The position numbers were made by a program, and so were the translations under genes. DNA of 60,458 nucleotides, the filler included. It is 9 parts of 9 records of this genome, joined end to end, with 100 filler letters (N's around TTAATTAATTAA, not from the genome) between each part and the next. Parts side by side here need not be neighbours in the genome. Positions count along the whole stretch, not along the records: positions 19,836 to 26,103 come from SRR31147125_86417; positions 26,204 to 33,752 come from SRR31147125_86600; 7 more parts are not named here. One strand, 5' to 3'. The first letter of the stretch is position 1. The number at the start of each line of letters is the position of its first letter. Below are positions 19,836 to 31,895 of the stretch, piece by piece. The notes under the pieces were generated by a model, which was not told the origin of the DNA, did not search any database, and saw only the letters and a program-made list of their open reading frames with translations.

Positions 19836-22441
19836 AAAAAGTCAAAATTAGCCCAGCCGGTTAGCCATTGGCCCAACGATTTCGATATGCTCAATTCCGC
19901 TCCCAGAATGTCTTCATAGTTATTATTCTGATAACTCTTATAGGCTACTTGACCATCCATGCTCTCATAATTCACTGGACCATGTTGACCGGTTATATCT
20001 TTATAATACCCACTTATTCGAACCAGGTATTCATCAGAAAGATTATACTCAACACCCGTTTCATAAGAAATGGTACGTGGTGGTTCCATATTGGGATTAC
20101 CAAGCTCGAGAATACCTAATTTCAGAGGTCTGGATCGAAGCATATAAAGTTGTCGCCATGGTACTGTGGAACGAAAATGCCCATAATTAAAATAATATTT
20201 TGCTCTTTCAGTTACTGGAAATGACAAGCCCAAACGAGGACTTGTGGTGAATTGTTTGTCAACAGATTTGAGGATTCCCTGTTCTGCCCACACATCATTT
20301 TCGTTAATATTCAAACTATCATGCGGTGTAAAGGCATCGTGATCATATGGATCCGTCTCGAGCCATTTGCCACTTGGATCATAATAATCGATTCTTACTC
20401 CAATATTGGCGACAACACCCTCATATGTAATTTGATCCTGGACATAAAACGCCAGATTTAATGGATATTTATCCCAGTAAAAAGTAGTGTGCGATCCTGT
20501 GTGGCGATACCAATGAGAACTGAGTCTGTGTTCAAAATCTGAGTAACGTCCCTCAAAACCCACCTTGATAAAATTGTGGTAATTAATCTGACTGGATAAA
20601 TCAAGTTTTAGTCTGTAAGTCACGACTGCGCTGCTATCAAACCAGGCCTGACCAATTTGAGCAAATCGATGCCTTGAGACACCAAAAGGCTGTTCATAAT
20701 TGCCTGAATGCCGAAATCCATCAATTTCAAAATCACCGGGACTCCAATAATATGGCATTTCATTTACTTTAATTGGGCCAAATTCAGCCACTGGTGACGT
20801 GCAACGTTCGCTGTAATTTTCAAGATACTCTTGCGTATCAACCGGTTCCCAATATTTATCCAAATTAATTCTATGCGCCCAGGTTGGAATTGCACGGCTT
20901 ACTCTCGATTCTCTACTCACAATCACATTCCAAAATGTTTTAGGGCTAAGAGTATGCGTCAATTCCGCACCAAAAAGACTGGTAAAATTCGTCAATGGGC
21001 TAAATAATTCAGGAATATATATATTCTCCTCATCCCCAGCTGTAACGCCAATTATATTATCTGCACGCATAATTTGACCAACCCCATCTGGAAAGCGATT
21101 CCCTTTACCGGCAGTAGTAACACCACTTCTCTCCTGATACAGCCCGTTTAAAGAAAGTTTTATACTTTGTGTTAACTGGGATTGTAATGTCAACATGGTT
21201 GTATTCTCTTTCACACTGGGAACGGTAACCGGCACAACGTAATTTTCCTCATTAGAATTATGAGACAAATAAAATGTGGCGTTACCGAGATGCTTACCTA
21301 CAACCGGAACTGGTCCACCAAATCCAAAATCCACATTCCAGTCGGAATTTTCATCTTCACCATAATGGGCATGATCTTTCATTTTTTGCTGCAATTCTGC
21401 AGGAATATGGTAGCCTAATTCTGCCAACTTTTCAAAAGGAGGTTCCGCCATATGCATCCAGGCATCCCACAAATATAGATCAATTGGTTCAGCCGGAGCG
21501 TCTCTGTTGATTCTATTATAAGTCTCTGCCAGGGCATTCCAGCCAATAAACTGCCTGTTCTGTTGAGCTATATAACTATCCGTGCCCCATACTTCATTTG
21601 TTCCCAGAAAAGCCACCTCGGGATCGAGTTCCGAACGTAAGTAATAACTATATGGATCATAAAGCGATCGACCAAATCGCTTCATATGTGGAATGTTCAT
21701 AGAAAAGTCAATTCGGCCGGAATAACGTTGAGTATCACCTTTTTTCGTCACCACATCCAGCATTCCGGAACGAAAATTACCATACTCGGCATTAAATCCA
21801 CCTTTTACAACAGAAACTTGTTCCACCGCACTTAGGGGTATAGTAGATTCAGGTTCACCATATCGTTCATCAACAAAGGTCAAACCGTTTACGATCGATC
21901 CGGTTTGGTCAGCAGAACCTCCCCGAATCCCCAGATCAGCAGACACTCCAGCTTGTTTCGAGAGAAAATCCTGTAATGAACGAATTGCCGGTGCTGCCAC
22001 AATCTGTTGTTCCGTCATTATTTCCTGGCTGTAGGAAACTTCTCTGTGCAGAATATCTCTTTCTGCAATGATCGTAACTTCCTGGCCTTCAATGACTGAG
22101 GTCGACAATTCAAAATTCACGGTTGATATTCGATCAATGGCAACTGATACATCTGTTTTTGTCACTTTGGAATATCCGATCATTGATGCAGCTAACTTGT
22201 ACTTGCCAACAGGAATATTAATAATAAAATAACGCCCCTCAAGATCAGTAGCTGCACCCAGGTTTGTTCCTTCAATAACGACATTGACGCCAGGGAGCGG
22301 TTCCTTGCTATCGGCCTCCACAACCACTCCGACGATTTTCCCCCTGCCTGCTGCAAACACATTTATCTGTCCTATTATTAGAAATATTACGAGTGTAAGC
22401 AAACATGATCTTTTGCATATTTTATCTGAAACCATAATCAA
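19836..22441 (-). CDS. TonB-dependent receptor with CarboxypepD_reg-like N-domain, 3'-truncated
   Basis: GKIVGVV..EPLPGVNVVIEGT.LGAATD; plug IRGGS..KGGFNAEYG; barrel SPRLGLSFP, NPNMEPPRTISYETG. Confidence 0.92.
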
Positions 22442-22681
22442 CTCCTTTTATTAACATTTAAAATCTCAAAAGTTGCAAAGTTTTGAAGTTTTAAATGTTA
22501 ACTTTTGAATAGTTGTGAATTCGAATGCCGAAAGAGATATCCATTAAATTAGAGGAGGATCAATTTCAGTAATGTTACTTATGGGCAGTTATGTTCCACT
22601 TTTAGCACACTGTCAAATTCACCTCAAAACAGTAAAGGTTAAAAAATAAAAAATTACCATCTCGGTTAAATGCAAAAAAGT

Positions 22682-22727
22682 AAAAAGGTCTGAGATCGGC
22701 TCTAAGAAAATTAACGATCTCAGACCC
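22682..22727 (-). terminator. Intrinsic terminator after the secreted beta-helix gene
   Basis: 12-bp inverted repeat GGTCTGAGATCG/CGATCTCAGACC with a T5 tail on the minus strand. Confidence 0.7.
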
Positions 22728-22762
22728 CTCATTTATCTATTTTTTTGTTAGGTCGCTACAGC

Positions 22763-24154
22763 TCACTTTAATAATAACATTTTTCGTTCTGAACGAAAAT
22801 CTCCGGATGTAATACGATAGAGGTAAATACCTGATGGCAATTCGGAAGCGTTAAACGAAACAGTGTATTCACCTGCCGACAGGTTTTCATTAACAAGAGT
22901 GACAATTTCCTGCCCTAACGTGTTATGAATGGTTAGTATTATGTGGTTTGGTGAGTCGAGATAGAATGATATTGTCGTTGTTGGATTGAATGGATTTGGA
23001 TAATTCTGGTTCAGCTTAAACTCGGCTGGCAATTGGGATATTTCTTTTCTTTCAACTTTTGTTGTGCCCGGGTCCCATCTTGGATCTCCAATCGCTGTGC
23101 CATCAGTTGCCATACCAAGAAGTGGAGAGTCGCTTGCTAATGTAAAATCAGCATCCGGAGCAGGATAATCACCAGGATCAGTAGCAAATTTAGGATCAAC
23201 AAACAGATTGTCTATAAGATCAGTTGTATCCGCAACATTGAAACCATTTGTTAGATAAACGCAATTGTTTGCGATGAGAGAATTTGTAGCTACCTTGATT
23301 TGCACAGCGTCACGCAAGGCGCCTGCGTAAGCATCGCCATACGTTTTTTCCAGTTTGGCAAAAATATTGTTAGTAATAGTAATTCCGTTATTCTCCGCAT
23401 TAGCTAAACTTATTTGCACTCCTCTTTGTGCATTGCTGTAGAAGGTATTATGGTTTATAAAAATAATCGGATCATTTCCATTTCCTTTTTCTTCCGCCCT
23501 GATCATTTGACGGGTCCCATGAAAAAATGTGTTATTTGATACTTCCAGATATTGACAAAGGGTATATTGAAAACTTATCGTTTTTGGCGCTTTATAGAAT
23601 AAATTGTTGTGAACGATACAGGAATCTGTTCCGACAAACAGACCATCATATCCTCCGCCACCTCCGACAACATAACCCAACGGCCACAGAAGATCATGAA
23701 AATAACAATCTTCAATTTTTAATAGTCCAACCGTATTTGCTATTTCCGGTGCATAACTAAACACTTCATAAATCGGCAGGAACTGAGTTGTATCAGCCAT
23801 ACCTCCATCAACTTCCAGTCCTTGAAATACAAGGTTACAATTTTTTAACTCAAAAGCATTTGGAGTTTCATTACCCATACCACTTGGTACAGCAGGAAAT
23901 TTTAATACGGGTCGTGTAGTATATCCGTCCTCAGCTTTGATGGTAAGGGTTATACCATCAATTTTTATTGGTAGTGGCACGGCTGATGATTCTATATATT
24001 CCCCACCATTTTTTAACACCAATACATCACCATCTGCAGCTGCTGCAACAGCAGCACTTAGGGTTCCATCCCCTGGTTCTACAACAGTTTGTGCATTGGC
24101 AATACCCATAGCGACAACACACAGTATCAAGGACAAAAGTAAATGCTTTTTCAT
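22763..24154 (-). CDS. Secreted right-handed beta-helix (pectin-lyase-like) protein with T9SS-type C-terminal sorting domain
   Basis: Signal peptide; repeated HNNLF/NNTFF/HNTFY/NNIF stacks; IGDPRW; LNQNYPNPFNPTTTISF..SGIYLYRI tail. Confidence 0.85.
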   Translation of the reverse strand: MKKHLLLSLILCVVAMGIANAQTVVEPGDGTLSAAVAAAADGDVLVLKNGGEYIESSAVPLPIKIDGITLTIKAEDGYTTRPVLKFPAVPSGMGNETPNAFELKNCNLVFQGLEVDGGMADTTQFLPIYEVFSYAPEIANTVGLLKIEDCYFHDLLWPLGYVVGGGGGYDGLFVGTDSCIVHNNLFYKAPKTISFQYTLCQYLEVSNNTFFHGTRQMIRAEEKGNGNDPIIFINHNTFYSNAQRGVQISLANAENNGITITNNIFAKLEKTYGDAYAGALRDAVQIKVATNSLIANNCVYLTNGFNVADTTDLIDNLFVDPKFATDPGDYPAPDADFTLASDSPLLGMATDGTAIGDPRWDPGTTKVERKEISQLPAEFKLNQNYPNPFNPTTTISFYLDSPNHIILTIHNTLGQEIVTLVNENLSAGEYTVSFNASELPSGIYLYRITSGDFRSERKMLLLK

Positions 24155-24718
24155 TGTATTTCTCCTTCTTTGTGGATTGTAGATTAATAATTTTTAAATG
24201 GCGCTAAAACTCCTCCTTCCTATTTAATAATTAATCTGACATAATCGTTATTTTAAAATTTGCATTTTATTCGGTTTCGTTTTAGATAACGCAGGGCAAA
24301 AAAATCAGATTTATAGTTCTGAGCAAATTGGAATAGTTTATTTTATAAAGACTTTATATTGTATAATCATATGTTGTTTTCGACTAGAGAAGAGAAAAGC
24401 GAAAGAATTTCAATGACAGAACGTCTGCTGCCTGGAAGGAGTTTGCACCTGTGTGAAGAAAATAAACATAGCGTTTTATAAAACACAGATTCTATTTGCC
24501 GTAATTTTAAAAAGCAAACCAATGAAAATATTTATTTTAATAACAAATTACCAACTTATTTACTAAAGTGTTAGCTTTATTACAAGTTTATTACTGTTAA
24601 ATTTAACTGTTATGTAACTGTTAGAAATAGAAATTTTCACAAAATCTTATTATTTATTGCTTGTCTTTCTTTTATACATTATATTTGCTATGAACATTTA
24701 ACAATATTATAATTAAGG

Positions 24719-25969
24719 TTGGATCAAAGAATGTTAAGTGATTCTGATAAAAGGGAAATTCTTGAAAAAATCCTACAAAGCACGGAATTCGAACATTCAC
24801 GAAAAAATAGTACACTTTTAACCTACCTTGTCGAATCTTCTATAAAAAATGTTTCCCCAAAAGAAACGTCAATTGCGTTTGATGTGTTTGGAAAAGACGC
24901 TGATTTCAATCCAAATGAGGATACCAGCATCAGAGTGAATGTTCATCATCTCAGAAAGAAACTTGAAAAGTATTATCAACGGGAAGGTAAAACCGATAAA
25001 GTAAGAGTGGATATCCCCTTAGGTCATTATGAGGTTCGGTTTGTCACTCCTTCAAAAACCCAAAGTTTTATTGCAAAAAACAGTCGATCACTATTCGAAA
25101 TAATACTTGTGTTTATAATAATCATATTGGGTGGCTATCTAATTATCAACTCACAAATCACACATGATGAGATGGTTAAAAATGTGCACGATATATCCCC
25201 TGAAATGGATTTAATGTGGGCCGATATATTAAATTCACAATTACCAATTCTAGTTGTTCTGGGAGAAATATTTTGGTTTCTTGAATATGATACAGATATC
25301 AATTCATGGGTGAGAATGATTCAAAGCGATATCACAACTGTGAATGATTTGAATGAATTTCAAAATACTTTTCCTAATAAACAAATAAGATATGATAATT
25401 CAACACCGCCTTATTTTGCGATGAACAGTGTCTGGGCATTACCTGACCTTTTGCCTATCTTAATATCTGGAAAGAAACAATTCAGGCTGGAAAGATCCTC
25501 AGTTTTAACACCACGTGATCTAAAAGAAAATAACATTATATTTATCGGTTATTACAAATCCCTGGGTATATTTGAGCAGGCAATGCAAAAACTCAATTAT
25601 TATTTCATAAAGGATGAGGATGCCATTAGTATAAAATCTTCATCAGCTGATAGTATGTTTAAAGTTTTTAGAGAGGGCACAGCAAAGGGATATCATGAGG
25701 ATTACTGCATTGTACAAAAAGTACCTGGACCAAAGGAAAATAGCATATTTATTTTTTCGAGTTTTCGAGCAACAGGGGTAAGAGGAGCAGCAGAATATTT
25801 AACAAAAACAGAATCAGTTAGTCACCTTGAAAAATTATTTAGTGAAAAATTTGGTAAATTTCCTCACTATTTTGAACTCCTTTTTAAAGTCAGTGGCTAT
25901 GACCGAAGCGACCTTTCAACAGAAATCATGGAATTTAACCTTGTAGATCCGAATGTGAGTCTTTGGTGA
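24719..25969 (+). CDS. Putative membrane-anchored winged-helix regulator (N-terminal wHTH, one TM, large extracytoplasmic domain)
   Basis: IRVNVHHLRKKLEKYY resembles an OmpR-type recognition helix; TM LFEIILVFIIIILGGYLII. Confidence 0.7.
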   Translation: MDQRMLSDSDKREILEKILQSTEFEHSRKNSTLLTYLVESSIKNVSPKETSIAFDVFGKDADFNPNEDTSIRVNVHHLRKKLEKYYQREGKTDKVRVDIPLGHYEVRFVTPSKTQSFIAKNSRSLFEIILVFIIIILGGYLIINSQITHDEMVKNVHDISPEMDLMWADILNSQLPILVVLGEIFWFLEYDTDINSWVRMIQSDITTVNDLNEFQNTFPNKQIRYDNSTPPYFAMNSVWALPDLLPILISGKKQFRLERSSVLTPRDLKENNIIFIGYYKSLGIFEQAMQKLNYYFIKDEDAISIKSSSADSMFKVFREGTAKGYHEDYCIVQKVPGPKENSIFIFSSFRATGVRGAAEYLTKTESVSHLEKLFSEKFGKFPHYFELLFKVSGYDRSDLSTEIMEFNLVDPNVSLW

Positions 25970-26103
25970 AAACGGCAATTGTATTCCGGGAATAAAATTC
26001 AGACAATCTCTTGTTTGTTCAATAATTTTAACATGTTATGACAAATAAACATTTTTTTGCATAGATCAACGCGTGGGGTTGATAAAGTCCACCCCGAATT
26101 AAA

Positions 26104-26203
26104 NNNNNNNNNNNNNNNNNNNNNNNNNNNNNNNNNNNNNNNNNNNNTTAATTAATTAANNNNNNNNNNNNNNNNNNNNNNNNNNNNNNNNNNNNNNNNN
26201 NNN
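26104..26203. other. Artificial contig linker
   Basis: N44-TTAATTAATTAA-N44. Confidence 0.98.
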
Positions 26204-26559
26204 AGGTCCCTCCGCCCGAAAAACGCAAGCGGCAACTTCCTGAGAGTCTCTGCCAGAGTGATCCGCTCACGGGCGCTTTCTTCATAAATCTTGCCGTATG
26301 CCAGTCCATATTGGATATACGCGACAACCAGCATAACCGCGAAAAGGACGACCGACATGATGACGTAGTGGAGGATGTTGTTCCCACTATCGCCGGAGGA
26401 TGCCAAGCTCCTTTCCAGATACTCGTTCAAAAACTTGAAACCGAGGACCACCGGCAGCATGAAGCCGATATACATCACGACGGTCCAGAAGATCGACTGG
26501 ATTAAGTCTTTTGCCCCTTTCTCGGACATGGCGTATTTGTTTTGAAAGTACTTTACCAT
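26204..26559 (-). CDS. ABC transporter permease/ATPase half-transporter, N-terminal part
   Basis: KYAMSEKGAKDL, TM helices, RITLAETLRKLPLAFF. Confidence 0.85.
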
Positions 26560-26569
26560 CGATTGCTCC

Positions 26570-28368
26570 TCAGCTCAAAACCGTATGCATCGCACCGATT
26601 TTCCATGCGACGGATTTTTGATATTCGTCCCACATCGTTCGGTAGAGACCACCATAACGCAGAAGTTCTTCGTGATTCCCTCGCTCGGCAATCTTTCCCT
26701 TTTCAACCACCAGGATCGTGTCGACATGCTGCACCGTGGTAAGGCGGTGGGCGATCAGTAAAGTGGTTTTTCCACGGCCCAGCGACTCCAAAGCTTTACG
26801 GATGAGATGTTCGTTTTCCGGATCGGCGAAGGCGGTGGCTTCGTCCAACAGTACAATTGGAGCGTTTTTTACCATCGCTCTGGCAAGGGCGATTCGCTGC
26901 TGTTCGCCTCCCGACAGGTAGGTCCCCTTGGATCCGATGACGGTGTCGAGACCGTCTGCCAGGGCATCGACGAATTCCCGGGACTGGGACAGATCGACGG
27001 CGGCGTTGATTTCCTGGTCACTGACGTTTTCCTTGCCGAAGACAATGTTTTCTCTTAATGATCCCTTCAACAGCCTGGTATTCTGGAAAACAAAGGAGAT
27101 CGTATCCATGAGTACCTTCTTCGGGATGTCCTTGGCATTCACGCCGCCGACCAAAACCTCGCCTTCATCTGCATCCCAGAATCGAGCGGCAAGCCGGGCG
27201 ATAGTCGTCTTTCCCCCTCCGGAGGCTCCCACCAGTGCGACGGTTTCACCTTCGTTCACCGTGAAGCTGATTCCGGCCAGGGCCCGCTTCTCCGCACCTT
27301 CGTAGGAAAACACCACGTCCTTGAACTCCAGGGAGTACCGACTCAGCCCGCTAGATGAATCGGATGATGTCATCTCCTGGTAATCCAGAAGAGTGGCCAC
27401 CCGGTCGATCACCTGTCCGGCGATCATGGCTTGTTGCTGGTATTGCATGGAACGCATTAACAGAGTTGAAAAAATGGGGGAGATGAGAAGATAGAAGATG
27501 AAGTCGGCGAATACCGGTGCTGGAGTCTCTCCCCTGCCGAGGAGAAGAATGGCGATGGGCACCAGAAAGAATGCCGTCGACTGCATGATGGTGATGTAGA
27601 AGGACATCGGCACTCTCCAGAGAAGGGTGAATGCATGGACCATTTCCTTGTACTTCATGATGCTGTTGTAGAAGCGCTCGAAGGCAAAGATGGATTGGCC
27701 GAAAGTCTTCACCACCGGTATGCCTCGAACATACTCGACAGACTCCGAGCTCATCTCTTCGAGGGAATCGAAGTACCGTTTCTGAAACTCCTTTCCTTGG
27801 AACTTCTCATGAAGCTCATCGTTGAGAAACCCAGAAGAATGGGAACAAGCGAGGCAAGGCCCATTCTCCAGTCGACCAGCAAAACCAACACCAACAGGAT
27901 GACGGGAGAGATGATACTGCCAGCCATATCCGGCAGCTGATGCGCCAAGAAGCTATGCGTCGTACTCGCACCGTCGGTAACGATCTTGCGGATTTTGCCG
28001 CTGGAATACTCGTCGAAAAACCCGAGCGGTTTGGACAGGATTCCTTTCATACTCTCCTGCTGCAATCCTATCTCGACCCGGAATGCAGCAAGATGGGAAC
28101 TCAGCAGCGAAAGGAAATACACGACGATGCCTCCCGCTCCCGCGGCGAACGCCATCCATGCATAGAAACCGATACTTGAGAGCTCGGTATTTCCCGGATT
28201 GGTGAGTATGTTGCGCACAATGTACCACACGAGAACGAATGGGATGATAGTAAGAACAGCCGATACGCCGGATAATAACAGCGATAACGGTAGCAGTACT
28301 TTCTTCTTGCCCATATATGGGGTGAATCGTCTTAAGAGAGACATCTTCTTTTGCTTTGGCATTTTCAA
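26570..28368 (-). CDS. ABC half-transporter (IrtA/YbtP-like exporter fold), frameshift near 27780
   Basis: SHLAAF, FLAHQLPD, EYVRGIPVVK; GASGGGKT, LSGGEQQR, LLDEATAFADPENE, IAHRL. Confidence 0.9.
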
Positions 28369-28453
28369 CTAACCTCCTGAAGAAACAATTGTCCGCCTGG
28401 GGTGTCGATCGTCCTTCTGATCGACGAATCAAGGCGGTAGCCGAGAACAGAAA

Positions 28454-29485
28454 TCACAGTTTCCGTGCGATTGTTATATCGAGGACTCCGCCCATGGGAA
28501 AAGGAATGGGCTTGCTCCTGACTGTTTGGAATCCGGCTTTCAGCATGGCATTAGGAATCGCGTCCTGATCAAAGGACATGTCGAAATACGATAACGAGGT
28601 CGAGAGCCAACTGATGACACCGCCTTCCGGTTTCGTTCCCTCGTGGGTCAGGCCGTCGTGAGCAGAAACAAAATAGCCGCCCGGATTCAACGCATCGTAG
28701 ATCTTTTTGAAGAGTGGCTTCAGATTGTCTTTAAGGAAGTTGAGGGTGGCTTTTGCATATACAAGATCGTAGCGCTCGCCTATAAGATCCGTTGAATAAT
28801 CGCCGCCCATGACGGTTATTCTCCCCTCATCATCATATTCGGAGACAAGCTCCTCAGTGACGGCAACGACCTCGGGCTTGTCAAATACGATGCCTTTTAG
28901 CGAAGGATGTCTCATGACAATTGCCGTACAGTCCATCCCATGCCCCCCACCGAGATCGATCATTTTCTTCATGCGCGCAAAGCCCGGTAGAGAGCTGACT
29001 TCTTCTGCCATGCGCTGCGACAAACCCGACCTGGCGAAATTCCTCATGGCTTTCAGGTTTCTTGCCCAGTAATCACCGGTGTAGTCCGATTCCTGCCGGG
29101 CTGGCGATGGCCCGTTCTTGATAAGGTCTTTCATCTGCGTACAGCTCTGAATCAGCCAGTTCTCGTTCATAAGGAGTGAGTTGCCGAGATAGGTATCACG
29201 CCCGTTCACAAGAAAGGTTTCGGCAAGTTCCGAGTTGATATACGATCCGCCGTTTTTTTTCATCAGACCAATAGAACAAAGCGCATTCAATAGGAGTTCT
29301 GTATTTGATCCGTGGGTGTTGATGGCTTCGGCAACCTCAGACGCCGTTTTCCCGGAAACCGTGAGGTCGAAGACACCGAACTCAACAGCCGTCATCAACA
29401 CATGGGAACGAAGTGATCCGTATTGCAGATTGTAGAGACTCTCGGGTGAAACAGTGAGTCTTGGGATTTCCATTGTTTTCTCCAT
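28454..29485 (-). CDS. SAM-dependent O-methyltransferase (dimerisation + Methyltransf_2)
   Basis: TAVEFGVFD, LLNALCSIGL, MIDLGGGHG, VFDKPEV, ALNPGG. Confidence 0.88.
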   Translation of the reverse strand: MEKTMEIPRLTVSPESLYNLQYGSLRSHVLMTAVEFGVFDLTVSGKTASEVAEAINTHGSNTELLLNALCSIGLMKKNGGSYINSELAETFLVNGRDTYLGNSLLMNENWLIQSCTQMKDLIKNGPSPARQESDYTGDYWARNLKAMRNFARSGLSQRMAEEVSSLPGFARMKKMIDLGGGHGMDCTAIVMRHPSLKGIVFDKPEVVAVTEELVSEYDDEGRITVMGGDYSTDLIGERYDLVYAKATLNFLKDNLKPLFKKIYDALNPGGYFVSAHDGLTHEGTKPEGGVISWLSTSLSYFDMSFDQDAIPNAMLKAGFQTVRSKPIPFPMGGVLDITIARKL

Positions 29486-29537
29486 ATCTTTAGCTGAGGT
29501 TGTTTACGTCCCGGAAGCCTCGGTGAAACGAATCTAC

Positions 29538-30640
29538 TTACGGTTGGGAATACGCAAACGTTCCGCTTTCATTCAGGTCGTAGTCGATTCTCATGAAACG
29601 GTTCAGGTTCTCCTGATGGATCGCCTGAAGATCTAGATCCGAAAAACGATCGGGGTATAGCCATTTGGCGAAATAGGCAAACCCGATCGCCGAGGTGATG
29701 GGAAGATCGCTATTAGTGACATACACCCGGCCTTGTTGGACCACGCTCACGCCAGCAAGCTCGGGCAGGTTTAGAATCGACTCATGAAACGCCTGTAAAG
29801 ATGCATCGTCATCCACATCGTATCCGTTTGCGACAGCATCAAAGCCTATTAGCGGGTATTTTATCGCCAATGAGAATATCGCCTCCGGATCAATCTGGCC
29901 GAAGGACTGCTGCATGTCCGCGGCAATATTGATTCCTCCCGGTATAGCGATATGATTGTGCCATGCGGGAAAACTCTTGCTCATCGTGAAGTAGGGTCCT
30001 CCACCTTCATAGAACACCCGAACCTTGTCCTCTTCCGGAATGTCTGCCACGCGTTCCTCAATCATGTCGAGGGTACCCATATGGAACTCTATATTTTCTG
30101 CTGCAGCTTCCTTGTTCTGAAAAATCTTCCCCAGCATTTCAAGGGCTTGTGTGATCTCCTCGGGAGTATCAAATGCAATGGTAACCACAGGTATTCCCGG
30201 CTCAAGTTTGGTGACCATGTCGTCGAATCCAGACATCGGTCCCGCCAGAGTGATGAACAGATCCGAACCCACCTCGTAGAGCATCTCAAAGTCAGGGCTG
30301 TACCATTCCGTTGAGGAGACTACCGGCAGATTCGTGAGATCTCCGTAGAGTGTCTTATTTTTCACTCCTACCCAATCGATGGCGACCATCCGGTCCTGCT
30401 CTCCCAAAATAGTCATGGCTTCGATTACCGACAGACCGTCCATAGCGACAGTCTCAATCGGCAGTTCCAGGGTAATTTCCCTTCCGAATCCTTCGACCAC
30501 GGTAACAGTTTCGGGCGACGATGAGGCGGTACCTGTATCAGACACCGCCTGTTTGTCTTCTGCCACGCCGCCTACTAGAATTGGCACTACACACACCACG
30601 CTGCCAACAAGGTCATTACTGAAATCAGTCGTTGCTTCAT
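29538..30640 (-). CDS. Fe-siderophore/cobalamin-type ABC substrate-binding protein; probable frameshift in the signal peptide
   Basis: GREITL, PDFE, LGKIF, GGINIA, AKWLYPDRFSDLD; AAGGAG and ATG 30640 give MKQRLISVMTLLAA, which joins the main frame after a 1-nt shift. Confidence 0.8.
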
Positions 30641-31567
30641 CCCTTATTACTCCTTCATACAAGCTGTGGATTCCAATGGCTCTATTAAAGTTGGCGTTAC
30701 ATACCGAAACGACAATATAGAAAAGGCATCGATCCTGGACTCCACCAGACTACCGATTATCATGAGAGAGCTTCTGGTCTTTTACTCAGTTTCCGGGGCT
30801 CCCAATAATTAGGACTGGTTAATAATATTCTTACTATCTATTTTTTTGTCAATACGCGGATGTTTGATGACTCTTGTTTGGGAGATTGTCAGTAACCCAT
30901 CTCGATGGAGCGCCAGCCTTCTGGATGCTCTTCAATCCCCTTTCTTCATACGGCGTTATGTTCGCCTGGAAGTGATTCAAGATCGGCGTTGTGCCGACTT
31001 ATACCGGGCTGCCGTAGGTACAGGAACCGACATCCTTGCCGGTATTTCGCTTCTATCGTTGTACGCACTCTTCGGAGGTTCCATTCCGAATCTCATCAGA
31101 TCTCAGGTTCGGTTTTAAGGGGCTCGGATCCGTATCCGGCGCTCAGTCGCGGTATATGCACGAGAATACGACCTACATCTACGTATGTAACTTTACTGTG
31201 TCCATACGGGTCCGTTGGAAAAGCAAATCATAGACCTATTTCAAGTTAATTGGGATTTATCTTTCCGTTTATGTTCTAGCAATGCCTCCCCGGTATCCGG
31301 GAAATAAGGCATGTTTCTTGCTTTTCAGAATCAAGAGACACAATTTCGGAGAATGCTTTGTAAACAACCGGTGCTGTGACTGCTTTAAAAAGCAAAGGAC
31401 TTAGCCGTTCACTCCCGGGACCTGTCCACTCAGGTTACAATTTTGTGTAGAGATCTTTCCGTTTTGAAGCTAGATAAAAAAAAGCGACGCCACGGGGGCC
31501 GGACTAAGCTCTCGCTATCACCATTCGCGAAGATACACGCGGCGAGCGCCAATAAAAGTAACACTTT

Positions 31568-31867
31568 TTAAGGATTACGTTCTTCATTGACTACCTCTTT
31601 TTGCGCTTCGTGGTCGCAAACGAAATGCGCGTCATTACAGTCGGTGCAGGTTTCGAGATGGTGGTGTCTGGTGAAATCACTCCAGTGTTTCCGCTGTGAA
31701 ACGCTCAACGTACCCGAACCGTTGCAAAGAGGACAGATATTCCCTAATGCAGACAGAATTGCGCCGCGTATGAAATTGGATCGGTTCGAAATGCCGGACA
31801 TCGCCTCAGACAGTACTTCATCCACCTTGAATGTGATAACCTCCGCCTTTGGTTTTCCTTTTCCCAT
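31568..31867 (-). CDS. CopG/RHH DNA-binding protein with C-terminal Cys/His metal-binding domain
   Basis: VITFKVD strand and NRSNFIRGAI helix; CPLCNGSG, HW, HHH, CTDC, HFVCDH (5 Cys, 6 His). Confidence 0.82.
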   Translation of the reverse strand: MGKGKPKAEVITFKVDEVLSEAMSGISNRSNFIRGAILSALGNICPLCNGSGTLSVSQRKHWSDFTRHHHLETCTDCNDAHFVCDHEAQKEVVNEERNP

Positions 31868-31878
31868 AGCAACCTACC

Positions 31879-31895
31879 GTAATACTTTGTATTTC
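31879..31895. promoter_or_regulatory. Candidate RHH operator, autoregulatory copy
   Basis: GTAATAC-TTT-GTATTTC just downstream of the minus-strand promoter (TTGACA 31928-31923, TTAAAT 31905-31900). Confidence 0.6.

Noticed and set aside
30900-31120. Possible flavodoxin-like remnant on the minus strand (RNGTSEEC..GSPV*VG) and short plus-strand ORFs
   Set aside because: Multiple stops and only a weak motif resemblance; cannot be supported without a search
31480-31520. GACGCCACGGGGGCCGGACTAAG resembling part of a c-di-GMP-I riboswitch
   Set aside because: Lacks the GGCAAA/GNRA first stem and canonical GCAAAG; no suitably oriented downstream gene; would need an Infernal hit
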